From Marsupella aquatica (Eukaryota; Plantae; Marchantiophyta): 64,000 nucleotides of DNA. Below the pieces are notes generated by a model. It was given only the letters and a program-made list of their open reading frames with translations. It was not told the origin of the DNA and made no database searches. Location: contig OZ316897.1 of assembly GCA_973895155.1 (NCBI GenBank), positions 16,565,938 to 16,629,937 on the forward strand. The letters are read 5' to 3'. Both the position numbers and the translations under genes were made by a program. This document shows, piece by piece, positions 13,129 to 25,839 of the stretch (position 1 is its first letter; each line of letters begins with the position of its first letter).

Positions 13129-14770
13129 GATTAGTAGGGAGGTTCAGCTTTTGAGTTTCAGGTGAGGCACGAGTCCCACTTATCTTTGGGTGCTTGTTGG
13201 CGGGTGATGCCTCAGCAACAATAGCAGCAATGGAGGGGTCCGATTCAGTATTAGAGGACGCCCTGGGGGGAGGTCGCTTGCGTATTGTAATGTTGTCGTT
13301 GGAGATGTGGATTTGTGGCGACAAACAAACAGGAATCTGGGATTCCACCGCAATGGGTGTGGTTACTTCAACCACAACAGGCTGCGTAGCTCCCGGTTGG
13401 GACCCCTCTCCTCCCTCTCGGGGCTTAATAGTCCACACTTTCCTGAGTGGTCTCCGTGGATTCAAAAGCGATGGTTGGGGAGTGTGTGTGGCGTTTGTCT
13501 TCGAAGGAAGTTTATTTGCTGTGCTCATGGACTTTCCCTCATCGATTGTATCTTTTGGTGTCTGGAGTCCCTTCTGGCTCAAAATCCGAACAGCTCCCGT
13601 ATCCGATGGTGAGGTCTGCTGCCTCAGGTGGCGGTTATTGGAGTGTCGATGTGACGTCTTCCTTTTTCCTTTGCGTGGCTGATTGGATGTTTGTGTTTTG
13701 AGGGAATTGTGCGCAACAGATGATGCCGGTGTATTACCACTTGTGTTGGCCCGTTCTGCTTCAAACTCAATGGCTCGAGCTGCCAGATGCTATAATTCGT
13801 CCTGCTCCCTTTGAAGCTGTTCTTCCGCCTGTTCCTTCCAGAAAGTAGCCTCCGCCTGTGCTTTGAGTGCCTTCGCTTGGTATTGGAGAAATGCTTCCTT
13901 ATCCAGTCGTTCCTTTTGATGTGGTCGAGATGTGGAAGTGTTGGGAAAGCGGGCTGCAATTCCTGGGGCATCCAGAAGTATATTCTGGTTCGCGTAGAAG
14001 GGTGGTCGTGTGTGGGAGCACACCGTTGCCAGATGCCTGTATGAGAAGCAAAAACAACAGCGCAGGTTTTTGCCAATGTAGTCAAAAAGGATGGTGGTCA
14101 CCCCTGAGCCACCAAGGTGGAAATTACCTCTATCCGGGAAGATTTGAAGCGTGGATTCTACGACAGCAGAGATGTGGTGATGTTCCGTGCCTGGTGCTAG
14201 CTTGGCTCTGATGAAGCGACCCACCGGGGCAACCACAAATTTAATGAATTCGTATATTTGTGGGTTGCCCAGCTTGATGTAGACTGTGACCAGGTGTCTG
14301 AAGTCTTGCTGCTTGCAAGGGTCGAAATTAGACTTGTAGTCATTTACCGCTGCGTATTTGTCAAGCGCCTTGAGTGGGGACCGGTCCAGGAGTTGCTGCT
14401 TTATGTTGTCCCCGAGGTTTGCGTCAAATTGGACAACGAAAAGAGCATTTGCGAGTTCATCATGCAGTGACAGTTTGATCTCATTTTCCTGATTAAACGC
14501 AGAAATCCACTCACGAGCCGAACGGGAGTCAAATTCGGATTCAAAACCCAACACCACCTTGTTGCCAAAAATGCGCCTATTGCCCAGCTGCAGAATTTCG
14601 GGAGGAATGCAGACAATTTCTGTGTTGTCCACCGTGGGGATGGTGGGGGAAGGGCGCCTGGTCAATGGAGGAGGATCCCGTGACTTGAGTGATACAGCAG
14701 GGCGATGATTGGATGCTGAAGACCGGGATGACGAAGGTTTGGATGTCCTACGAGAGTGCACACTCGCCAT
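13025..14770 (-). pseudogene. LINE ORF1 (zinc knuckle + coiled coil + S/P-rich tail) with one in-frame TAG at 13790-13792
   Basis: ORF-track pieces 13790..15007 and 13025..13582 share a frame and are joined by open codons after a single TAG (QDEL*HLAARAIEFEAER). CX2CX4HX4C knuckle CFCFSYRHLATVC. Start taken at MASVHS (14770); an upstream ATG at 14881 is possible. Overlaps ORF2 by ~104 nt. Confidence 0.8.
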
Positions 14771-15490
14771 GTCGATGCAGCAAAATCGGGGTGGAGGGCG
14801 TCCAGCAGGAATGCCCAATGTGTAAGTACGTGAAGTATACAGAGAAAAAACCGTGTTGAAGATTCCGTTGTGTTCCGCCATAGATTGGCGACAAAACCTC
14901 AATACCAATAAAATCCGGGTGTTGAGACAGTGACAGTGATGATAGATAGGCGTTTTATAATCGGCCCAAAACCCTCGATGGACTGCAGGTTCGAGAGTAT
15001 CTGTCACTGCGATTCAAAACCGCAACAAAATTGGCAAAAACGGACAGCTTCTTCGTAAAAACGCTAAGTGTGTGGTGTGCATGTCGAACAAAGCGCAAGT
15101 CGAAGAGTGCTATGGGTGTGTAAAATGCATGGTTACCCTTGGTAAACACGATCAAGCTGTTAAGATAGGACAAGTCCCGTGTTTAACGGAGACACCTGTA
15201 ATTTGAAATATTTAGCGCCCAACGGATCAAGAGCGTGTCAGAGGGTAAGATCAGATGCACCGTTGGTAGTGAAATTCTGAAATTACGGCAGAATTTCCTG
15301 CAGTGACTCATGTTGTCATGGTTGGAAAGAGAAGTTCAGCAGTTGGATGACCTGCTTTCGGTTTTCAAGGCAAAAAAAGAGAACTTCAGCAGTGCTGACT
15401 AAAGTTTTTCTCTTATGGATTGGCGGTTGCACCCACCTCCTGCGGGCTTAAAATACAACGCCAAATCGTGTGGACTTCTTTGGTCATAAC

Positions 15491-15499
15491 TATATATAA
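15491..15499 (+). promoter_or_regulatory. Candidate TATA box for dirigent gene 2
   Basis: ctatatataac ~560 bp upstream of the ATG; would imply a long or intron-containing 5'UTR. Confidence 0.35.
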
Positions 15500-15838
15500 C
15501 TGCTGTCAGAGCACGACAGAAGTTAGAAGTGAGCGCCGCGCATTTTCAGTCATTGCAATACGACGTCATTCAACAGTCTCAGCTTTCTACCTCAAGGGCT
15601 TTTGCCATCCGGACAAGTGTTCGGAGGAGCTCAAGAATCGTACTGAGTTTGGTAAGGAGAGTTGCAGGAATCCATTTCCACGAGCCTTGTACCCCATGTA
15701 TTTATTGGTGCAGCTTGAGCGCAATCCTGACTCGGCTACGCTAGAGGTTCATATGCACATTGAGACGGAACCGAAATTTCAACAGTGATACTTCTTGCTG
15801 GTCAGCGAGCGTGTTTTTAATTGCGTCTTTTGTGTAGA

Positions 15839-15978
15839 TAGTGTGAAGGGCAGACTTCCCGCATTGACCAATCTGCTCAAATTCTGCTTGCGATCCAAAA
15901 GCTTCAGTTCAAGTAGTGTGAAGGGCAGACTTTCGGCATTCACCAATCTGCTCAAATTCTGCTTGCGATCCAAAAGCT
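15839..15978. repeat. 75-bp tandem duplication upstream of dirigent gene 2
   Basis: tagtgtgaagggcagactt...accaatctgctcaaattctgcttgcgatccaaaagct x2. Confidence 0.95.
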
Positions 15979-16052
15979 GCATAACTTGAACGTCAGAGTT
16001 GAGGTATACAAATTAACGCAGAAGCCAGGAGTAGTGCTTTACTGTCCAAATA

Positions 16053-16592
16053 ATGGCGTACATTTCGGCAAGTGGATCCAATACTAATCCCATCCGAGCA
16101 GTCAATGTGATAGCTGCACTTTGGATTTGCTTTTTGCTTGCGACCCCTTCCAGCTTGTTGGTACTAGCTTATGGAAGACCTCCCGTCGGGCTGAGATTCT
16201 ACGTGCACGAGAAAAGGACGCCTCCGGCGTCTCTTGTGCTCGTAGCTCCAGCGGCTGGGCCACTGACCGATGTGAAATGGGGAAGCATAATTGTCATCGA
16301 CAATGAGGTGAGAGAAACCAATGCCACGGACTCCAAGTACATCGGCAGGCAGCTTGGCAGCGTTGTGGTGGGCTCGGACAACATGACATTCTACGCCTCA
16401 TTCACGTACCAACTCAACACTACGGCTTACAAGGGGTGTCTGACTTTGGCCGGTATCACTCAGTCAGGCAAACTGGTCGTCACCGGTGGGACCGACTCCT
16501 TCAGCTTTGCTCGAGGTGTGGGATTTGTCCAGACGGTCTCTAACACTGCAACTGCTGCGGTTTACCAGTACACACTTCATCTGAAGTATTAG
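16053..16592 (+). CDS. Dirigent-family protein (179 aa, intronless)
   Basis: Hydrophobic N-terminal segment; LRFYVHE, WGSIIVIDNEVR, IGRQLG, YKGCLTLAG, LVVTGGTDSFSFARG match dirigent motifs. Confidence 0.88.
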   Translation: MAYISASGSNTNPIRAVNVIAALWICFLLATPSSLLVLAYGRPPVGLRFYVHEKRTPPASLVLVAPAAGPLTDVKWGSIIVIDNEVRETNATDSKYIGRQLGSVVVGSDNMTFYASFTYQLNTTAYKGCLTLAGITQSGKLVVTGGTDSFSFARGVGFVQTVSNTATAAVYQYTLHLKY

Positions 16593-17853
16593 CGAACAGC
16601 ATACGGCTAACTGCCCATTGGTCAGAATATGTCAGCTGCTCTAAATGTTCTCATTCGAGTAGATCGACCCACATCCAATTTGGACCAATAATAGATACAT
16701 TAGTTTACTTAGGGAGCGGTTTACACTTAGACGTTTCCTAGCTATTTTCGAGGACAACTGATGTGAGTGCAGCGGGTAGCGCGCCTCCTAATTTTGTTTT
16801 CTTCAATTTTCACCATGCGCGCCACCCTCAAATTTCAGCGGGTTTAGAGTGCATCGGAGTGTAACGCTTGACTTGGGCAGTGAACTTGGAAGCATAAATA
16901 ATTATTTCATTCTCTCTGGTAATTTGTGTACGAGCTAGCTCTGCAATCTTTGTTCACATCTCGTGCTGGCTAGTGCTTTAGCTCGCATTGTTGACAGCTA
17001 CTCACAGATGGACGCATATCGCACATCACAGTCACGGATACTTACACACTCGATCAAGGAAGGAGTCAGTGATCTTAAGTAACGGTCCTACAACAACGCA
17101 CGTCGGCCTTGCCAACCAAGTGCCGTGAGAACTAGTGCAATAATGTGAAAGCTGATTCTCGCCGTAAATGTTGTTCGGCCGGCAATTGAAGAATGACAAA
17201 ATGATATAGTGAGATTCCTTCTACGACAAATACAATGGATCTGAGCTCACAGTTTTGCTCTCGCTGATGGGAAGTACGGTCAGATTTGTTACCGGCATAT
17301 CCAGGAAAATCATTTCTGTCTTTAATATCCTTCTTGGATTAGATGGTCGGCTCTGTAAAGATTAAGGAGCATGTTTTCATGGGTAAGCCTTGTTTATCCA
17401 TATGGATGCATCCCACTGAATTATCTATCCAACTATGCTTTTATTTAACTTCCCTATCATATGTACGTGGCTTGCCATACCTCTCAATGCATTGGTTTCC
17501 CCAAATTGTATGATTATACTTAAAATTTCTATAAAGATATTGACCAACTCTAGTATTCGTTTCCATTGGCAAAGACAATCACGTCAAAAGATTTTGTGGC
17601 TTTAAATTCTAAGATACAGAATCAGCAAATTGTTGGATGACCCAAATATTTGAGTGGAAATTATGACCTGAAAAAATGATCTAAGCAAAAATGGTATGCA
17701 TCCGTGCCAGACAAGAATTATATTTTGTTAGATACAACTTTTCCATAGTATCAAAGGACTTCAAAAGGCTCGGTTTATTTGAGATTGCCCTGACCCATAA
17801 CTCAGTGGCAAAGAGACTAATCCCCAATATACTTCAAAGAAGTCATTTCCCTT

Positions 17854-18006
17854 GTAGTCAAACTAGATGCTAAAATCTGATCTAACAGGTGCTTTGCAAT
17901 ACATCGTAGTCAAACTAGATGCTAAAATTTGATCTAACAGGTGCTTTGCAATACATAGTAGTCAAACTAGATGCTAAAATTTGATCTAACAGGTGCTTTG
18001 CAATAC
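17854..18006. repeat. 52-bp tandem repeat, 3 copies
   Basis: gtagtcaaactagatgctaaaat(c/t)tgatctaacaggtgctttgcaatacat at 17854, 17906, 17958. Confidence 0.95.
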
Positions 18007-18016
18007 AGGACCAGAT

Positions 18017-18247
18017 CACTACATCAAAAGACTAAGAGATTCTCAACATGAATTTCACTTGAAACTGCCATTACTCAAGAATGTGATGCCATGTAACACG
18101 ATAGATGCCCCACATCTAAAACTACGAGCTTGATTGCTCTGTTGCAAGGTCTTTGAAGCAAAAACACAAAAAGAGATCAATGAGACCATCCAGATATTCA
18201 CTCACGCTAACGGTTGTGTCACACAAATCTTTCCCAAATGAGATATA
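18017..18247 (+). mobile_element. Probable CACTA left terminus, interrupted by the element starting at 18248
   Basis: CACTACATCAAAAG followed by scattered GAGAT-like motifs; partner terminus not found. Confidence 0.4.
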
Positions 18248-19013
18248 CACTACAACACAATGACCCTCTATTGCGAAACACCCTCCCTCGCATGCAACAA
18301 AGGAAACTATATTGACCAACTCCTTGTTGTGAACGCCGCGCATCTCAACGCCTTCGCTCTTTTCCATGCCCACAACTTTGCAAACGGGCCTTCGCAAGTG
18401 CTTCGCACTTTGTGATTAGTTACACATCGCAACGGTGCGATGCCATCATTTTTGCAATATTTGTGAAGCAAGCACTCTGGGCGCATTTGCGATTTGACGA
18501 GAAACGCTAATGTAGCGATAGTAAAATGATCGCCAGATTGCGGCAAACAACATATCGGTAGATTGCGAGCAACATTGTCTCTCAATAAAGCGATATGTTT
18601 ATATTCGCTATATTTGCAAAATTAAACACATCTCAAATGTGCAGAAATCATGTGTTCGCATATTTGCGATACAAATAAGTTTGCAAAGTTTGCGACAATG
18701 AGTGTTTAGAAAGGTTTGCGATGGTATTGTTTTGGCTATTTGAGATGGCAGTTGGTTCTCAAGGGTTTCGCAAAAGGTATGTTTGAAGTATTAGGGTATA
18801 ATAGGGTTTAGTGGTTTAGGGAGACAATTCATACAGTTGAAGGAGGGAGAAAAGGATGTAGGTAGACCGGAATGCCACAATTAAAATGGCATTACTCAAA
18901 AATTACAAAAGTTACAAAATGGAAGGGTAAGAACCCTTCTAAGCTAAAAGTTGCATGTCCATGCTAATCCCTATACATGTGAACTACCTAAGTCTCTAGG
19001 GTAATCTAGGCAC

Positions 19014-21200
19014 CTATCTAGATAGAGCTAGAAAGGAGAGTTCTTGCCCCTCCTTGACTTCTTCCCCTTGGCCTTCTCCTTGCCCTTGCATGCTCTTGGG
19101 GAGGGGGGGGGGGGACCAGGACCTCCTCCTCCTCTTGGTCTTCCTCCTCATCCTCATCCTCATCCCCATCACCATCCCCATCACCATCACCATCCCCATC
19201 CCCTACCGCACTACCACTCGCAGCACCAGTGGAGTGTGCTGATGCAAATGACTGCTCTCCAATGCTAGTTGGCCTGAATCGACTAGCAGGAGCAGTGCTC
19301 CCCTCCCCTGTCCCCTAGCCTCCTCATCCTCATCGCTACTATCACCCTCGGTATGGGAGTCACCATCATCATCCGGTCTCTATTACATTAGCAAACCAGC
19401 CATGCATTAGTCATATAGAACCTTAGTTACAATTAAGTGAATGACAAAAGAGGGAAATTTTCATACATGCAATCAACACATTAACCTGAAAATTAACGCT
19501 CACCAATAATTGATCAACTTGCCGAAAGAGATGCTCCTTCCCATGTTTTTGGCCCACCTCCATCTCAGCCACTGTGATCTTCCTCTTGTACCTCTTGTAC
19601 TAACCAAAACAGAAACTAAAACAATTGGATCAAAACCAAGCAATAACTGCAAGCCAAAATGCCTTCAAACAATTAGAGGGGTTAATTAGGTGCTGGTGGG
19701 GTTGGGGCTTAGGTTGGGAGGTGGGTTTACAAGGGTGGCATGGGGGCTTAAGACCCTCATTTAAGACCCTCAAACCCTAAGCCTTGAATTTGCGAAGGCT
19801 CTAGCTTCGCAAACGTAAGGGAAAACTAGCTTCGCAAACGTAAGGGAAAACTAGGTTGCGGAAGTGATTGAGATGCGCATGGCTTTGCAAGGGCTTCACA
19901 AAACTATTTCCAAAAAAGTGAATAACAAGGTTTGCAAAGCAGTTGCGAAGCGATGCGCATCGCAAATGCTTCACAAACTCTGTTATGATGAAAAGCCAAA
20001 AGGGAAGCAATTGTATGTGACCTAATTTGACACAACAACTCCAATTGGAAGTACTTGGTGCCAAAGCATAAAAGAGTTGGGGCATTGCAGGTGTGTTGGA
20101 ATAGGAATTGGAGGAGTAAGAATTCAAGAGAGGAGAGGGCGGTGCACTCACAAATGCTGCTTTGAGGCCAGGGAGGCCACCTTGACCAAGCCTGTGGGTG
20201 ATGTTGGGCTTGTCTCAGACTCTATCAGCTGCCTTCAGGAACTTGTTGAGCGGATCTCCCACTTCTGCTACAACCTGCTGTAGCTGGGCCACCTTTTGCT
20301 CCATCTTCAGGTCACGGTCAGACTTCCCGGCCTCCTTTGCCTTCCGGGCCTTTGTCAACTTCTCTGTAAATTCATTCAGGACCCTGGCTGCTTTCAACTT
20401 CACCTCCGTGGCATAGAAGGCCTGCCAGATATCTATTGAGAACTGCAGTGGCCTCCCCAAATTCCTATACTCATCCAAATCTCTTATGTGAGCCCTGATC
20501 TTCATCCTGTCATGGTATCGTGCTTGTGACATGGAATTTGAGATTTTATCAGCAAGCCACTATGAATCCATCTCTCCTCCATTTTGGAATGCATCTTTCA
20601 CCTGATTGATCACTTGCTTCTGCTCTGCCTTGGAGAGAGTGCCCCACTCGACTCCTCTTGCAAAATTTGTGGACACAATGTGTCTTATTGTGCTCTTGGC
20701 CCTATTATAAGCAAGCTCTATGGGAATTTGATTCCCTCATCCTCTAATGTAATCAGAGGCAGCTTCCTTCTTGCCTCCTCCTTCTTTCTCTGCTCCTCCC
20801 TCTATTTCTTGATCAAGTCTCTCTCATCTTTCCTCCTCTTCTTTTCCAAGGCGTGAGGGGAGAGTACTCCAGCCTGAGCTCTCTCATCCCTCTTTCGCTT
20901 CTTCTCAGCGGCCTTCTGCTTGGCTGTCCTCCTTTCTTCCTCCTCTCTTGTTGTTTTCCCTGCACTAAGACTAGATTGCAAGGCCTGGCCCAATAACGCA
21001 CTCAGCGATGCCAGCCCCACTGGAGAGGTGAAATCAATCTTACTCAACTGCTCAACCGAGAAATGGTCATCCACGATCCTTTGAAGTCAATCCTCCTCCT
21101 CTTGGTTGCCTCCGCTACTGCCAGAAGCTCCTCCATCACCTCCAATTCCCCCTCCGCTTGCCATCGCTTCTCCCTCGTCTGTGTTGCTCTCTCCTGAGGC
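19014..21200 (-). pseudogene. Multi-exon TnpA/Ptta (Transposase_24)-like gene, decayed
   Basis: Fragments ...EWGTLSKAEQKQVINQVKDAF...SMSQARYHDRMKIRAHIRDLDEYRNLGRPLQFSIDIWQAF..., a small exon RYKRKITVAEMEVGQKHGKEHLF (~19505-19600) and an acidic low-complexity last exon. Homologous exon by exon to 53270-55400. Stops and frameshifts present. Confidence 0.65.
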
Positions 21201-21479
21201 CCGAAAGAAATGGATCCGCCTTGTTCGCGCTCGGCAAATGATAAGGACAGCAGAGTTAGGGTTTGCGAAATCTTTCGCATTGCAGTTTGCGATGTTTCTA
21301 CCTTCTCAACCAACTTTGCAAATGCTATCTTTGTGAAGAATACGGCTTTGCAAATGTGTTTGCTATTGGGTTTGCGAAAACCCCCATCTTGTATGTGTAT
21401 TTTCTGTGAGCAGGGATACTAAGAGGGGTCATAAACATTAAATTTGGTACAAGTAATTCATTGGATGTGATCATATAAG

Positions 21480-21850
21480 GGTTGGGGGTTTAAAAGTGCT
21501 GACATTGGAGGTTAAGAGGAGGGGTCTTATGTTACGGCTTTTGGCCTGGTTGGGGGGGGGGTTATTTCAGAAGGGTGGGGCTTATATTGGAAGGTAAGAG
21601 GCGGGGATTTATATTTTGGCTTTTGGGTTTTGCCTGGTTGGGAGGGTTTTTATTTTATGAAGGTTGGGGTTATGTGTATTGGAGGGTAAATGGAGGGATT
21701 TTATGTTTGACGTTTGGTTTGGTTGGGGGAGGGTTTATTTTATGAAGGTTGGGCTTAGATTGGAGGGTAATATGAGGTGTTTTATGTTTTGGGTTTGGCC
21801 AGGGGATTTCATTTTATGAATGTTGGGCTTAATACATGTATTGGAGTAAG
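21480..21850. repeat. G/T-rich low-complexity spacer (degenerate ~65-bp units)
   Basis: Repeated ttggagggtaa..gagg..ttttatgttt..ggttggggg; positionally equivalent to 55790-56650. Confidence 0.75.
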
Positions 21851-23319
21851 AGGGCCCCTTGGCCGTATTAGTTGGGGCGTTTTTGGCTTGCTGTTCCGTT
21901 GGCCGCAGTTTGTTCATGCCCGGGGGGATTTTGTCGCCGGGTGGGCAGGTTGGGTGTGACAGGGCCCCAAACCCAGTAGTAACTTAGTGATGACTTATAA
22001 TTACGTATATAAGTAGAAGACAAGTAGGTGTAGTCAAAGTGTTTGGATTTTCAAATTTTTAATTTTTGTTAGTTCTAATAAATGGATGCGACAACCGGAG
22101 GCCGGAGTTGAGAGGGGTGTCGGGCGGTGATGGATGACAAAGGAACCATTGAGGGGGTACAAGGAGGCCACAAGGCAGCCCAAGGACTTGGAGCCAAGGT
22201 GTGGGCATCTTGGAGGGGTGGGGGCTGGTCGGAGGCTCCACGTAAGGCACAAAATGGGAAGAATGACCAAAATATAGAAAACGTTGAAACTTAAAACAGA
22301 CGTTGCTGCGCTAGTACTACTCCAAACATGGTCATGTTTGGATTCATTTTGAAGCCCTAAATGAGCCCCATGTGAAACTGAGGTTCTCTAGTTGATTTTA
22401 GGTCTATATCAAACAGTGACATCTCGAGGGACCTCAATGCCCCTAAAATGGCAAACTAGGCAATCTTGGAGTAGTGATGGTGAGAGGGCCCTTAGAAGGA
22501 AGGGGTTTCCTTCACCCTTTGTGTAGTCCTCACATGGTTTTTGCTCTCTTTCCCTTCCCCACTTCTTAGAGGGGCACTCCGTAGAATAACACATCCGTAG
22601 AAGAGGCCCTCACACTTTCTTCCTTCCCTTTTTCTCTATTCTCACTTGTGGGGTTTCCACCCATACCTAAACCCTAAACCCTTTCCCTCTTGTGCTTGCT
22701 TTCAACGTGTGTACGGACCCTGGTTGTACGAACATCAGATTTTTGACCATATCAAAATTAGGATTCTACGGGCTTGTTGGAAAGAGCTTGCCGAGCTGAA
22801 TCCAACGATGTGTCACACGGCCAAAACGGAGCTAAGACGGGGGAGATACAACAGATCATGTTTTTTGAGAATACTGGGGGTTTTGAGGCCGTACAGATGT
22901 CCGTACGGAAGGAGGTCCCGGCTTTGCAAGGGAAGGAGTAGGTAGCAGCACATACGAAGAACCCGTGATCGATGTTTTGCAAAGCCGGGGCCCCCTTGTG
23001 TTGTACGGACGAAACGGAGGGAGAATGTGCCCTGTGAAAAGCTAATAAACGATCATATATTGGCCGTTTGACCTCCGTTTTGTGCACCGTTTACGGAGCT
23101 GTGATCAGGAAGAGGAGGGCTCCTCGGATATGTTTTCAGAAGTGAATTTTGAGAACATTTTAGTTTCGACAATTATAGGGGCCCCCTCCGTTTACAATGG
23201 ACCGGTGGTGGCGATCAGGAGGATTGAGGCTGGTAGGCAGGGTAGATAGATAGGATAGCAGGTGGTGGACTCAAGTGAGTCGTTGTTTAGCGGAGTGGTA
23301 TCCACTCCAATGGAGAGCG

Positions 23320-23817
23320 ATGAGGAGACCAACTCACGGGGCTCAAGCCAGGGCACCGTGAGTGAGGAGGAGGAGGAGGATTGATGAGGAGACCAACTCA
23401 CAGGGCTCAAGGTAGGGCACCATGAGTGAGGAGGAGGAGGACTGATGAGGATACCAACTCATGGGGCTCAAGCCAGGGCATGTGAGTGAGGAGGAGGAGG
23501 ACTGATGAGGAGACCAACTCACAGGGCTCAAGCCAGGGCACCATGAGTGAGGAGAAAGAGGACTAATGAGGAGACCAACTCACGGGGCTCAAGCCAGGGC
23601 ACCATGAGTGAGGAGGAGGAGGATTGATGAGGAGACCAACTCACGGGGCTCAAGCCAGGGAACTGTGAGTGAGGAGGAGAAGGAATGAGGAGACCAACTC
23701 ACGGGGCTCAAGCCAGGGCACTGTGAGTGAGGAGGAGGAGGACTGAGGAGACCAACTCACGGGGCTCAAGCCAGGGCACCGTGAGTGAGGAGGAGGAGGA
23801 CTGATGAGGAGACCAAG
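23320..23817. repeat. ~60-bp GA-rich minisatellite, ~8 copies
   Basis: tgaggagaccaactcacggggctcaagccagggcaccgtgagtgaggaggaggagga(c/t)tga repeated with variable (gag)n. Confidence 0.95.
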
Positions 23818-25039
23818 GGTAGCCGTACGGATTTGGTCGTACGACCTCTTGACTTTGAAAACTTTTCGGAAGTGGGCACTCACGGGCTTGTTGGAAAGAG
23901 CTCGCAGAGCTGATTCCAACAAGAGGTGGTGCTCCTCAAACGGAGCCACGATGAGTAAGTTAGGGCTCGACGAAGTTGTTCGATATGGGAACTAGAACGA
24001 CCATAACTTGGTCGTCCGACGTCCGTTTCGGGAGCAGTTTGGTAATTCATGATCAGGGGGAGCAGGGCTACCCAGGGGTGAGCTCAGAGGTGCAATAAGA
24101 GTGGCATCTAATTTTGGCAATTGTGGGGTCCCTTGCATTTTCATGGTTTACGGAGCGATGTTGGGGTGCCATCGAAGGCACCGTCGGTCCCATTGTTAGA
24201 TTAGGGTTTTAGGAGCATGTGTGTGTTGCATGCTTTAGGATTAGGGATTTCTTTTGGGAAGGGTTTTAGCGGCGCCGCGAGGGTAGCCGCCATCGTGGTG
24301 ACCCCGTGAGGGGTGCTTTGGTATGTTTGTTTTCAGTATTCAAGGGGAGATTAGTACAGCTCTGTGCTACATCGACGGCTTTTGGTTCATTGCTTGCTTT
24401 CTGTTGGAAGTCGTTGAGTGCCAAATTTTGTTTAGAGGCTATCCATTTTAAGCAGTGCTACTGCTGATGACATCGATGAAGCTCCATCTGAGGTGTTTCC
24501 AGGTCTGATTGCCTGATTGACTTCACTTGACTTGTCATGGTGGTTTGACGGACGACTCCTTTGGATTAGGTTGCGGAGTGGTGGGTCATTTTCTTGCCTG
24601 AATTGGGCTCGATCTGCCGCTGAGCTCACTCGGCTGCTCTCTCCGTGGCACTACTAAGAAGCAGAGCACTTGCTTTGTATGTGCCGTCCTTTGATTCCTT
24701 GCTACGGTTGGATGAAATTCTTCAGTTAACTTTCTTGGTTAGCTCGATCTATTGGAGAGAGTCTGGTGTCACCCCGTGCTACTACACTGAACAATTGGAC
24801 TGTGGTTGTCATTGGTTGTACGATTGTGACGGTAGGTCCAATTTTGTATGCATGTCATACTGATTGAGTTTGAATAGTAGAGTGGAATCTACATTATTTC
24901 TGGTCGATCAGAGAATACAAGTTCAATCAAGCTAGCATGAAATAATTGCCACATAATAGGTTATGTGTGGGTAGAACTCCAAAGTTGCCTCTCTTCCATC
25001 CAGCTTGAGTACAGCATCATGATGATGCTTTGTGGGTTC

Positions 25040-25839
25040 GAGAACAGAAGGCCTGCCACAAGAGTGGGGACCATAAGATGTACTACCTCGTGTGAACTGT
25101 AAAGGAAATTATAGGACTAACAGGAAAACTGCTAGACTACACCTTATTAAACATGGTCGGTACCCTGCATGTTGAGTGTGGGTTGGAGAGGGACAGAACT
25201 CGTCTGATGAAGAGTGGGGTGTTGACTACATACAGTCACAACATGGCCCTGAGGCATTGAGGGTAGCAAACCTTCAGTAGGCAACCTATGCACAACAGCC
25301 AACTGTAGATGTTGAAGAACATTTATTTGTAGATGTTCCAGAGTATCCAACTGTGGATGTTCAAGAACATCCAACTATAGATGTCAAAGAACATGTCAGG
25401 GCTCTACTTGAAGAAATGTTGCTGAGAACCAATGAAGAATCCCCTGAGCATGAACTAGATGATCAGGACCATTTTGACTTGGATTTTGTACTTGGGGATG
25501 ATGAGAGTGAAGGAGGTGCCCATCCTGTACAGCCCCTTGAAACCTCCCAAACTCATGCGGAGACTGATCCTGCACAATTATCTTTAGATCAAGCAATGCA
25601 ACCTTTGTTCCCAGGCAGCAAAATACACGTTGTGTGATTCATGTTGCTTTTGTTGAACATTTATCATGGCCATGGATTCTCAAACAAAGGAGTGAATGCA
25701 TTGTTGGCTTTGATGGGGGAGCATGGTATGCTTGCAGAGCATAATCTGCCCAAGAACTTATATGCTGCAAAGCAGCTATTGAGAAAGCTTGGCTTGAATT
25801 ATGAGAGAATCCCTATCTGTGAGAAAGGTTGCATGCTCT
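25040..25839 (+). pseudogene. CACTA TnpD/Tnp2 transposase, 5' part (continues at 43011)
   Basis: Decayed transposase-associated domain (..VNCKGNYRTNRKTARLHLIKHG, ~25090-25157), then NLPKNLYAAKQLLRKLGLNYERIPICEKGCML, cut at 25840. Resumes after TSD GCTCT as FRGENAKLENCSVC. Confidence 0.85.

Larger units (their letters stand above)
8500..14900 (-). mobile_element. L1-clade LINE retrotransposon, near full length
   Basis: ORF1 and ORF2 on the minus strand, ~320-bp 3'UTR, A-rich tail seen as the T run at 8500-8514. 5' boundary and TSD not identified. Confidence 0.9.
18248..21960. mobile_element. CACTA element, family S copy 1 (left arm only: TIR, TTGCGA subterminal repeats, TnpA-like gene, G/T-rich spacer)
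   Basis: Starts CACTACAACACAATG..TTGCGAA, matching the start of the 52512 element (CACTACAACACTATC..TTGCGAA). Same order of homologous parts. Similarity to the 52512 element is not visible after ~21960. Confidence 0.8.

Noticed and set aside
9741-14616. Many short ORFs overlapping the LINE (and similar ones over families A/B)
   Set aside because: Antisense or alternate-frame shadows of the long ORFs.
19044-19268. His/Pro-rich ORF (and 53278..53571)
   Set aside because: Antisense reading of the acidic low-complexity last exon of the TnpA-like gene.
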